A DNA stretch of 18,587 nt from Azolla caroliniana (taxonomy: Eukaryota; Plantae; Polypodiophyta). The notes below the pieces were generated by a model. The model saw nothing but the letters and a program-made list of their open reading frames with translations, ran no database searches and was not told the origin of the DNA. Positions 1-8,759 of this stretch are shown piece after piece (positions within the stretch are counted from its first letter, which is position 1; each line of letters starts with the position of its first letter). The position numbers and the translations under genes were made by a program. The stretch covers positions 1 through 18,587 of the forward strand of contig JBHGNT010000640.1 of the NCBI GenBank assembly GCA_043228905.1, in the 5' to 3' direction.

Positions 1-484
1 AGTACGGACACCGGTCTATCTACGTTCATCGATGTTAGCACACTCGGGAGCCACACTCGTCCCGCAGTAGCCTCCGCGTGCTTAGTGTCTCGGCACTAGC
101 GCGTTCTAGTTTAATGTGCACGTGCCCGCACCCCCTACGCGCACGCGCGAGTGCGCCACATTTACCTATGTATGTATTAAATGATTATGTTGCTCGACAA
201 GCTCTCGCGCGAGGAGGAGGAGTACCCGCTACAGGTTGCGCCACAGATTGTCTGGTGAGCAATACGACACCTAGGACTAGCGCTAGACGTGTGGGAGGGT
301 GGACTAGTTGGTATGGGTCTTGGGCAAGAGTGTGTACGCAGAGACACACACGTTATGGTAATGGGAGTGGTGAGTGACATGCATGTGCTCTGATTGCATG
401 GCCATGTGTATATTAAAGGTGGAGGGAGCAAAGTCAATACAATCCATTAGGAGACAAGCCCGGGATCATGAGGACACAATCGCA

Positions 485-1270
485 ATGGCAAAGCTTACTT
501 CCGTATTCCTCATGGCCGTGATCATGCTCGCCGCGTGTACCGCGGCCAATGCTAGGTCTGTAGGGCGGGACCGTGAAGAGGAGCGACGCGATCGACGTCG
601 TGAGGGAGACATTGACGAGGAGAGGCGCGATCGACGCCGAGAGGGGGAGTGCGATGACGAGAGGCGCGAGCGACGTCGTGAGGGGTTCCTTGAGGAGGGG
701 CGCCGCTACAGAGACAACAAGAGAGACTCCGAAGAGGAAAGGGAACGTCGTAGCCGTGGTCGCGATGAGCCACGTGACGAGGAACTGAGGCGAGAGTGCG
801 GTGATTTCATCGACAAGCAGATCCGAGAGCTACAAGAGCGCTCCGAAAGAGAGGAAGGTGAACAAGGACGTCGCTCCCCATGGATCGAAAACACTCGATA
901 CTCAAGACCCTCGGAACGGTGCTGCAGGAACGTCGAACGAATCCCCGCCGAAGATCGATGCGATCGCCTACGTGATGCCTTGTATGCTGACGAGGAGGAA
1001 CGACGCAATGATGAAGGCCGACGCCATGGCCAACAATCAAGGGAACACCGTAGCTGGGAGGAAGAGGACGAGGAGCGCGAGAGAGATAGCAGCCGTGAGC
1101 GACGAGAGGGTGACGAACGCCGCCACCGCATGTCTCGACGACAAGAGGACGAACGTCAACAACGTCGCCAATTCAAGGCCGATGACGAGGAAAGAGCTCT
1201 AGGCGTCGCCGCCTCCCGCCTACTCCAACAGTGCGATCTTCGCCCTCGTGCTTGTATTCGTCGCTTCTAA
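485..1270 (+). CDS. Arg/Glu-rich 2S-albumin-like (prolamin superfamily) storage protein precursor, copy 1 (261 aa)
   Basis: ATG at 485 (gcaATGGCA) is equivalent to the start in all other copies; the 374 start in the ORF track arises from indels unique to this copy. Signal peptide MAKLTSVFLMAVIMLAACTAANA; Cys at 105, 146-147, 159, 250, 257. Confidence 0.8.
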   Translation: MAKLTSVFLMAVIMLAACTAANARSVGRDREEERRDRRREGDIDEERRDRRREGECDDERRERRREGFLEEGRRYRDNKRDSEEERERRSRGRDEPRDEELRRECGDFIDKQIRELQERSEREEGEQGRRSPWIENTRYSRPSERCCRNVERIPAEDRCDRLRDALYADEEERRNDEGRRHGQQSREHRSWEEEDEERERDSSRERREGDERRHRMSRRQEDERQQRRQFKADDEERALGVAASRLLQQCDLRPRACIRRF

Positions 1271-1369
1271 ATAGTACATAAACCTTGTTCAAATTATTCT
1301 CGTGGTCTCTCTCTAATTTCTCGTAAGTGTTTACGAACAAGTGCGTCTCCCCAATCGCGCATTACACCC

Positions 1370-1431
1370 ACACGAACGTAAACACGAGCACCAACGTCCC
1401 TCCAACACGAACGTAAACACGAGCACCAACG
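1370..1431 (+). repeat. 27-bp perfect direct repeat x2 (35-bp period) downstream of the stop codon; present in every unit
   Basis: ACACGAACGTAAACACGAGCACCAACG at 1370-1396 and 1405-1431, separated by TCCCTCCA. Confidence 0.95.
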
Positions 1432-1778
1432 CATAGAATTTGCCTATAGGGACCGCAAACCACCCAAACGGAAAAGAAAACATCAAAGCAGGACACCCAT
1501 ACCGCACACGCCACGGCAACGGCTAAGGCTAAGGTCAACTTGTACACGCGGCGAATGTGAACTTGCTTCCACACTTGCCCGATAGGACACTCCTAGTGTG
1601 GTAGTCCGGTTAGCTTTCCTTGTCGTCGTCGTTACCAACCCCTCGTCCGTCCGAACGAGCGAGTACGGACACCGGTCTATCTACGTTCATCGATGTAGCA
1701 CACTCGGGAGCCACCACTCGTCCCGCAGTAGCCTCCGCGTGCTTAGTGTCTCGGCACTAGCGCGTTCTAGTTTAATGT

Positions 1779-1786
1779 GCACGTGC
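1779..1786. promoter_or_regulatory. G-box (GCACGTGC), ~360 bp upstream of the ATG; representative copy, deleted upstream of copy 7
   Basis: CACGTG at 1780-1785 is an established bZIP/bHLH site in plant storage-protein promoters. Function here is inferred. Confidence 0.5.
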
Positions 1787-1942
1787 CCGCACACCCCTAC
1801 GCGCACGCGCGAGTGCGCACATTTACCTATGTATGTATAAATGTTATGTTGCTCGACAAGCTCTCGCGCGAGGAGGAGGAGTACCCGCTACAGGTTGCGC
1901 CCAGATTGTCTGGTGACAATACGACACCTAGGACTAGCCTAG

Positions 1943-2007
1943 ACGTGTGGGAGGGTGGACTAGTTGGTATGGGTCTTGGGCAAGAGTTGTACGCAGGACA
2001 CACACGT
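1943..2007. promoter_or_regulatory. Two ABRE-like ACGTGT cores in opposite orientation (representative copy)
   Basis: gACGTGTgg at 1943-1948 and ACACGT at 2002-2007, both just upstream of the RY element. Confidence 0.5.
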
Positions 2008-2030
2008 TATGGTAATGGGAGTGGTGAGTG

Positions 2031-2060
2031 ACATGCATGTGCTCTGATTGCATGGCCATG
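2031..2060. promoter_or_regulatory. RY/Sph element cluster (B3-domain ABI3/FUS3/LEC2-type site); representative copy, present in all 12 promoters
   Basis: Palindrome ACATGCATGT at 2031-2040 contains canonical CATGCATG. A second TGCATG at 2049-2054 overlaps the palindrome CATGGCCATG at 2051-2060. The cluster lies immediately 5' of the TATA box. Confidence 0.75.
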
Positions 2061-2062
2061 TG

Positions 2063-2073
2063 TATATATTAAA
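2063..2073 (+). promoter_or_regulatory. TATA box (representative copy)
   Basis: TATATATTAAA begins 77 bp upstream of the ATG in an otherwise GC-rich region. Confidence 0.75.
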
Positions 2074-2139
2074 GGTGGAGGGAGCAATGTCAATACAATC
2101 CATTAGGAGACAAGCACCGGGATCATAAGGACAATCGCA

Positions 2140-2925
2140 ATGGCAAAGCTTACTTCCGTATTCCTCATGGCCGTGATCATGCTCGCCGCGTGTACCGCGG
2201 CCAATGCTAGGTCTGTAGGGCGGGACCGTGAAGAGGAGCGACGCGATCGACGTCGTGAGGGAGACATTGACGAGGAGAGGCGCGATCGACGCCGAGAGGG
2301 GGAGTGCGATGACGAGAGGCGCGAGCGACGTCGTGAGGGGTTCCTTGAGGAGGGGCGCCGCTACAGAGACAACAAGAGAGACTCCGAAGAGGAAAGGGAA
2401 CGTCGTAGCCGTGGTCGCGATGAGCCACGTGACGAGGAACTGAGGCGAGAGTGCGGTGATTTCATCGACAAGCAGATCCGAGAGCTACAAGAGCGCTCCG
2501 AAAGAGAGGAAGGTGAACAAGGACGTCGCTCCCCATGGATCGAAAACACTCGATACTCAAGACCCTCGGAACGGTGCTGCAGGAACGTCGAACGAATCCC
2601 CGCCGAAGATCGATGCGATCGCCTACGTGATGCCTTGTATGCTGACGAGGAGGAACGACGCAATGATGAAGGCCGACGCCATGGCCAACAATCAAGGGAA
2701 CACCGTAGCTGGGAGGAAGAGGACGAGGAGCGCGAGAGAGATAGCAGCCGTGAGCGACGAGAGGGTGACGAACGCCGCCACCGCATGTCTCGACGACAAG
2801 AGGACGAACGTCAACAACGTCGCCAATTCAAGGCCGATGACGAGGAAAGAGCTCTAGGCGTCGCCGCCTCCCGCCTACTCCAACAGTGCGATCTTCGCCC
2901 TCGTGCTTGTATTCGTCGCTTCTAA
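2140..2925 (+). CDS. Arg/Glu-rich 2S-albumin-like storage protein precursor, copy 2 (261 aa)
   Basis: Seen: hydrophobic signal peptide ending A-N-A, plant-like start context aATGGC, and motifs ECGDFI...PSERCCRNVERIPAEDRCDRL...AASRLLQQCDLRPRAC. Knowledge: spacing CC-x9-[C]xC...L-x-x-x-C-x6-C matches the 2S albumin large subunit. The family call is by eye, with no database search. Confidence 0.82.
   Translation: MAKLTSVFLMAVIMLAACTAANARSVGRDREEERRDRRREGDIDEERRDRRREGECDDERRERRREGFLEEGRRYRDNKRDSEEERERRSRGRDEPRDEELRRECGDFIDKQIRELQERSEREEGEQGRRSPWIENTRYSRPSERCCRNVERIPAEDRCDRLRDALYADEEERRNDEGRRHGQQSREHRSWEEEDEERERDSSRERREGDERRHRMSRRQEDERQQRRQFKADDEERALGVAASRLLQQCDLRPRACIRRF
2230..2346 (+). repeat. 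Intragenic 39-nt (13-aa) repeat x3 in the N-terminal region (representative copy)
   Basis: EEERRDRRREGDI / DEERRDRRREGEC / DDERRERRREGFL at aa 31-69, followed by a degenerate EEGRR. Confidence 0.9.
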
Positions 2926-3794
2926 ATAGTACATAAACCTTGTTCAAATTATTCTCGTGGTCTCTCTCTAATTTCTCGTAAGTGTTTACGAACAAGTGCG
3001 TCTCCCCAATCGCGCATTACACCCACACGAACGTAAACACGAGCACCAACGTCCCTCCAACACGAACGTAAACACGAGCACCAACGCATAGAATTTGCCT
3101 ATAGGGACCGCAAACCACCCAAACGGAAAAGAAAACATCAAAGCAGGACACCCATACCGCACACGCCACGGCAACGGCTAAGGCTAAGGTCAACTTGTAC
3201 ACGCGGCGAATGTGAACTTGCTTCCACACTTGCCCGATAGGACACTCCTAGTGTGGTAGTCCGGTTAGCTTTCCTTGTCGTCGTCGTTACCAACCCCTCG
3301 TCCGTCCGAACGAGCGAGTACGGACACCGGTCTATCTACGTTCATCGATGTAGCACACTCGGGAGCCACCACTCGTCCCGCAGTAGCCTCCGCGTGCTTA
3401 GTGTCTCGGCACTAGCGCGTTCTAGTTTAATGTGCACGTGCCCGCACACCCCTACGCGCACGCGCGAGTGCGCACATTTACCTATGTATGTATAAATGTT
3501 ATGTTGCTCGACAAGCTCTCGCGCGAGGAGGAGGAGTACCCGCTACAGGTTGCGCCCAGATTGTCTGGTGACAATACGACACCTAGGACTAGCCTAGACG
3601 TGTGGGAGGGTGGACTAGTTGGTATGGGTCTTGGGCAAGAGTTGTACGCAGGACACACACGTTATGGTAATGGGAGTGGTGAGTGACATGCATGTGCTCT
3701 GATTGCATGGCCATGTGTATATATTAAAGGTGGAGGGAGCAATGTCAATACAATCCATTAGGAGACAAGCACCGGGATCATAAGGACAATCGCA

Positions 3795-4580
3795 ATGGCA
3801 AAGCTTACTTCCGTATTCCTCATGGCCGTGATCATGCTCGCCGCGTGTACCGCGGCCAATGCTAGGTCTGTAGGGCGGGACCGTGAAGAGGAGCGACGCG
3901 ATCGACGTCGTGAGGGAGACATTGACGAGGAGAGGCGCGATCGACGCCGAGAGGGGGAGTGCGATGACGAGAGGCGCGAGCGACGTCGTGAGGGGTTCCT
4001 TGAGGAGGGGCGCCGCTACAGAGACAACAAGAGAGACTCCGAAGAGGAAAGGGAACGTCGTAGCCGTGGTCGCGATGAGCCACGTGACGAGGAACTGAGG
4101 CGAGAGTGCGGTGATTTCATCGACAAGCAGATCCGAGAGCTACAAGAGCGCTCCGAAAGAGAGGAAGGTGAACAAGGACGTCGCTCCCCATGGATCGAAA
4201 ACACTCGATACTCAAGACCCTCGGAACGGTGCTGCAGGAACGTCGAACGAATCCCCGCCGAAGATCGATGCGATCGCCTACGTGATGCCTTGTATGCTGA
4301 CGAGGAGGAACGACGCAATGATGAAGGCCGACGCCATGGCCAACAATCAAGGGAACACCGTAGCTGGGAGGAAGAGGACGAGGAGCGCGAGAGAGATAGC
4401 AGCCGTGAGCGACGAGAGGGTGACGAACGCCGCCACCGCATGTCTCGACGACAAGAGGACGAACGTCAACAACGTCGCCAATTCAAGGCCGATGACGAGG
4501 AAAGAGCTCTAGGCGTCGCCGCCTCCCGCCTACTCCAACAGTGCGATCTTCGCCCTCGTGCTTGTATTCGTCGCTTCTAA
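3795..4580 (+). CDS. 2S-albumin-like storage protein precursor, copy 3
   Basis: Translation identical to copy 2. Confidence 0.82.
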   Translation: MAKLTSVFLMAVIMLAACTAANARSVGRDREEERRDRRREGDIDEERRDRRREGECDDERRERRREGFLEEGRRYRDNKRDSEEERERRSRGRDEPRDEELRRECGDFIDKQIRELQERSEREEGEQGRRSPWIENTRYSRPSERCCRNVERIPAEDRCDRLRDALYADEEERRNDEGRRHGQQSREHRSWEEEDEERERDSSRERREGDERRHRMSRRQEDERQQRRQFKADDEERALGVAASRLLQQCDLRPRACIRRF

Positions 4581-5449
4581 ATAGTACATAAACCTTGTTC
4601 AAATTATTCTCGTGGTCTCTCTCTAATTTCTCGTAAGTGTTTACGAACAAGTGCGTCTCCCCAATCGCGCATTACACCCACACGAACGTAAACACGAGCA
4701 CCAACGTCCCTCCAACACGAACGTAAACACGAGCACCAACGCATAGAATTTGCCTATAGGGACCGCAAACCACCCAAACGGAAAAGAAAACATCAAAGCA
4801 GGACACCCATACCGCACACGCCACGGCAACGGCTAAGGCTAAGGTCAACTTGTACACGCGGCGAATGTGAACTTGCTTCCACACTTGCCCGATAGGACAC
4901 TCCTAGTGTGGTAGTCCGGTTAGCTTTCCTTGTCGTCGTCGTTACCAACCCCTCGTCCGTCCGAACGAGCGAGTACGGACACCGGTCTATCTACGTTCAT
5001 CGATGTAGCACACTCGGGAGCCACCACTCGTCCCGCAGTAGCCTCCGCGTGCTTAGTGTCTCGGCACTAGCGCGTTCTAGTTTAATGTGCACGTGCCCGC
5101 ACACCCCTACGCGCACGCGCGAGTGCGCACATTTACCTATGTATGTATAAATGTTATGTTGCTCGACAAGCTCTCGCGCGAGGAGGAGGAGTACCCGCTA
5201 CAGGTTGCGCCCAGATTGTCTGGTGACAATACGACACCTAGGACTAGCCTAGACGTGTGGGAGGGTGGACTAGTTGGTATGGGTCTTGGGCAAGAGTTGT
5301 ACGCAGGACACACACGTTATGGTAATGGGAGTGGTGAGTGACATGCATGTGCTCTGATTGCATGGCCATGTGTATATATTAAAGGTGGAGGGAGCAATGT
5401 CAATACAATCCATTAGGAGACAAGCACCGGGATCATAAGGACAATCGCA

Positions 5450-6235
5450 ATGGCAAAGCTTACTTCCGTATTCCTCATGGCCGTGATCATGCTCGCCGCG
5501 TGTACCGCGGCCAATGCTAGGTCTGTAGGGCGGGACCGTGAAGAGGAGCGACGCGATCGACGTCGTGAGGGAGACATTGACGAGGAGAGGCGCGATCGAC
5601 GCCGAGAGGGGGAGTGCGATGACGAGAGGCGCGAGCGACGTCGTGAGGGGTTCCTTGAGGAGGGGCGCCGCTACAGAGACAACAAGAGAGACTCCGAAGA
5701 GGAAAGGGAACGTCGTAGCCGTGGTCGCGATGAGCCACGTGACGAGGAACTGAGGCGAGAGTGCGGTGATTTCATCGACAAGCAGATCCGAGAGCTACAA
5801 GAGCGCTCCGAAAGAGAGGAAGGTGAACAAGGACGTCGCTCCCCATGGATCGAAAACACTCGATACTCAAGACCCTCGGAACGGTGCTGCAGGAACGTCG
5901 AACGAATCCCCGCCGAAGATCGATGCGATCGCCTACGTGATGCCTTGTATGCTGACGAGGAGGAACGACGCAATGATGAAGGCCGACGCCATGGCCAACA
6001 ATCAAGGGAACACCGTAGCTGGGAGGAAGAGGACGAGGAGCGCGAGAGAGATAGCAGCCGTGAGCGACGAGAGGGTGACGAACGCCGCCACCGCATGTCT
6101 CGACGACAAGAGGACGAACGTCAACAACGTCGCCAATTCAAGGCCGATGACGAGGAAAGAGCTCTAGGCGTCGCCGCCTCCCGCCTACTCCAACAGTGCG
6201 ATCTTCGCCCTCGTGCTTGTATTCGTCGCTTCTAA
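5450..6235 (+). CDS. 2S-albumin-like storage protein precursor, copy 4
   Basis: Translation identical to copy 2. Confidence 0.82.
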   Translation: MAKLTSVFLMAVIMLAACTAANARSVGRDREEERRDRRREGDIDEERRDRRREGECDDERRERRREGFLEEGRRYRDNKRDSEEERERRSRGRDEPRDEELRRECGDFIDKQIRELQERSEREEGEQGRRSPWIENTRYSRPSERCCRNVERIPAEDRCDRLRDALYADEEERRNDEGRRHGQQSREHRSWEEEDEERERDSSRERREGDERRHRMSRRQEDERQQRRQFKADDEERALGVAASRLLQQCDLRPRACIRRF

Positions 6236-7104
6236 ATAGTACATAAACCTTGTTCAAATTATTCTCGTGGTCTCTCTCTAATTTCTCGTAAGTGTTTACG
6301 AACAAGTGCGTCTCCCCAATCGCGCATTACACCCACACGAACGTAAACACGAGCACCAACGTCCCTCCAACACGAACGTAAACACGAGCACCAACGCATA
6401 GAATTTGCCTATAGGGACCGCAAACCACCCAAACGGAAAAGAAAACATCAAAGCAGGACACCCATACCGCACACGCCACGGCAACGGCTAAGGCTAAGGT
6501 CAACTTGTACACGCGGCGAATGTGAACTTGCTTCCACACTTGCCCGATAGGACACTCCTAGTGTGGTAGTCCGGTTAGCTTTCCTTGTCGTCGTCGTTAC
6601 CAACCCCTCGTCCGTCCGAACGAGCGAGTACGGACACCGGTCTATCTACGTTCATCGATGTAGCACACTCGGGAGCCACCACTCGTCCCGCAGTAGCCTC
6701 CGCGTGCTTAGTGTCTCGGCACTAGCGCGTTCTAGTTTAATGTGCACGTGCCCGCACACCCCTACGCGCACGCGCGAGTGCGCACATTTACCTATGTATG
6801 TATAAATGTTATGTTGCTCGACAAGCTCTCGCGCGAGGAGGAGGAGTACCCGCTACAGGTTGCGCCCAGATTGTCTGGTGACAATACGACACCTAGGACT
6901 AGCCTAGACGTGTGGGAGGGTGGACTAGTTGGTATGGGTCTTGGGCAAGAGTTGTACGCAGGACACACACGTTATGGTAATGGGAGTGGTGAGTGACATG
7001 CATGTGCTCTGATTGCATGGCCATGTGTATATATTAAAGGTGGAGGGAGCAATGTCAATACAATCCATTAGGAGACAAGCACCGGGATCATAAGGACAAT
7101 CGCA

Positions 7105-7890
7105 ATGGCAAAGCTTACTTCCGTATTCCTCATGGCCGTGATCATGCTCGCCGCGTGTACCGCGGCCAATGCTAGGTCTGTAGGGCGGGACCGTGAAGAG
7201 GAGCGACGCGATCGACGTCGTGAGGGAGACATTGACGAGGAGAGGCGCGATCGACGCCGAGAGGGGGAGTGCGATGACGAGAGGCGCGAGCGACGTCGTG
7301 AGGGGTTCCTTGAGGAGGGGCGCCGCTACAGAGACAACAAGAGAGACTCCGAAGAGGAAAGGGAACGTCGTAGCCGTGGTCGCGATGAGCCACGTGACGA
7401 GGAACTGAGGCGAGAGTGCGGTGATTTCATCGACAAGCAGATCCGAGAGCTACAAGAGCGCTCCGAAAGAGAGGAAGGTGAACAAGGACGTCGCTCCCCA
7501 TGGATCGAAAACACTCGATACTCAAGACCCTCGGAACGGTGCTGCAGGAACGTCGAACGAATCCCCGCCGAAGATCGATGCGATCGCCTACGTGATGCCT
7601 TGTATGCTGACGAGGAGGAACGACGCAATGATGAAGGCCGACGCCATGGCCAACAATCAAGGGAACACCGTAGCTGGGAGGAAGAGGACGAGGAGCGCGA
7701 GAGAGATAGCAGCCGTGAGCGACGAGAGGGTGACGAACGCCGCCACCGCATGTCTCGACGACAAGAGGACGAACGTCAACAACGTCGCCAATTCAAGGCC
7801 GATGACGAGGAAAGAGCTCTAGGCGTCGCCGCCTCCCGCCTACTCCAACAGTGCGATCTTCGCCCTCGTGCTTGTATTCGTCGCTTCTAA
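7105..7890 (+). CDS. 2S-albumin-like storage protein precursor, copy 5
   Basis: Translation identical to copy 2. Confidence 0.82.
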   Translation: MAKLTSVFLMAVIMLAACTAANARSVGRDREEERRDRRREGDIDEERRDRRREGECDDERRERRREGFLEEGRRYRDNKRDSEEERERRSRGRDEPRDEELRRECGDFIDKQIRELQERSEREEGEQGRRSPWIENTRYSRPSERCCRNVERIPAEDRCDRLRDALYADEEERRNDEGRRHGQQSREHRSWEEEDEERERDSSRERREGDERRHRMSRRQEDERQQRRQFKADDEERALGVAASRLLQQCDLRPRACIRRF

Positions 7891-8759
7891 ATAGTACATA
7901 AACCTTGTTCAAATTATTCTCGTGGTCTCTCTCTAATTTCTCGTAAGTGTTTACGAACAAGTGCGTCTCCCCAATCGCGCATTACACCCACACGAACGTA
8001 AACACGAGCACCAACGTCCCTCCAACACGAACGTAAACACGAGCACCAACGCATAGAATTTGCCTATAGGGACCGCAAACCACCCAAACGGAAAAGAAAA
8101 CATCAAAGCAGGACACCCATACCGCACACGCCACGGCAACGGCTAAGGCTAAGGTCAACTTGTACACGCGGCGAATGTGAACTTGCTTCCACACTTGCCC
8201 GATAGGACACTCCTAGTGTGGTAGTCCGGTTAGCTTTCCTTGTCGTCGTCGTTACCAACCCCTCGTCCGTCCGAACGAGCGAGTACGGACACCGGTCTAT
8301 CTACGTTCATCGATGTAGCACACTCGGGAGCCACCACTCGTCCCGCAGTAGCCTCCGCGTGCTTAGTGTCTCGGCACTAGCGCGTTCTAGTTTAATGTGC
8401 ACGTGCCCGCACACCCCTACGCGCACGCGCGAGTGCGCACATTTACCTATGTATGTATAAATGTTATGTTGCTCGACAAGCTCTCGCGCGAGGAGGAGGA
8501 GTACCCGCTACAGGTTGCGCCCAGATTGTCTGGTGACAATACGACACCTAGGACTAGCCTAGACGTGTGGGAGGGTGGACTAGTTGGTATGGGTCTTGGG
8601 CAAGAGTTGTACGCAGGACACACACGTTATGGTAATGGGAGTGGTGAGTGACATGCATGTGCTCTGATTGCATGGCCATGTGTATATATTAAAGGTGGAG
8701 GGAGCAATGTCAATACAATCCATTAGGAGACAAGCACCGGGATCATAAGGACAATCGCA

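Noticed and set aside
374-484. 37-aa N-terminal extension giving a 298-aa version of copy 1, and ORFs 78..377 and 177..437
   Set aside because: These exist only because of indels unique to the error-rich first 484 bp. The extension runs through the RY and TATA elements and would bury the signal peptide.
1370-1431. 27-bp direct repeats as a possible CRISPR array
   Set aside because: There are only two repeats with an invariant 8-bp spacer, no cas genes, and the context is eukaryotic.
1398-1974. Possible MITE-like terminal inverted repeats (CCCTCCAACACG vs CGTGTGGGAGGG; ACCCATACC vs GGTATGGGT)
   Set aside because: The matches are short, not nested in the order needed for one inverted repeat, have no TSD, and are explained by opposite A/C versus G/T skews.
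1331-2031. Spacer ORFs of 62, 70, 80 and 84 aa, including hydrophobic Val-rich minus-strand ORFs
   Set aside because: Most rely on non-ATG starts or compositional skew (G/T-rich minus strand) and show no recognisable motifs. The 80- and 84-aa ORFs are disrupted by the 25-bp deletion in one unit.
2087-2128. 13-codon upstream ORF (MSIQSIRRQAPGS) and Shine-Dalgarno-like AGGAGA at 2105
   Set aside because: The ATG is only 24 nt after the TATA start and so probably upstream of the TSS. AGGAGA is ~30 nt from the ATG and the gene looks eukaryotic.
2361-2786. 141-aa Ser/Arg-rich antisense ORF resembling an SR protein, plus other overlapping 71-133 aa ORFs in every unit
   Set aside because: They are shadows of the GAG/GAC/CGN-rich sense CDS in GC-rich DNA, with no RRM or other domain. 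Recurrence reflects only the repeat.
2140-2925. Alternative identities: trichohyalin/protamine-like protein, vicilin N-terminal CxxxC repeats, or neuropeptide precursor with dibasic sites
   Set aside because: The similarity is compositional only. There are no CxxxC pairs or cupin domain, while the Cys spacing and the RY/G-box promoter both favour a 2S-albumin type.
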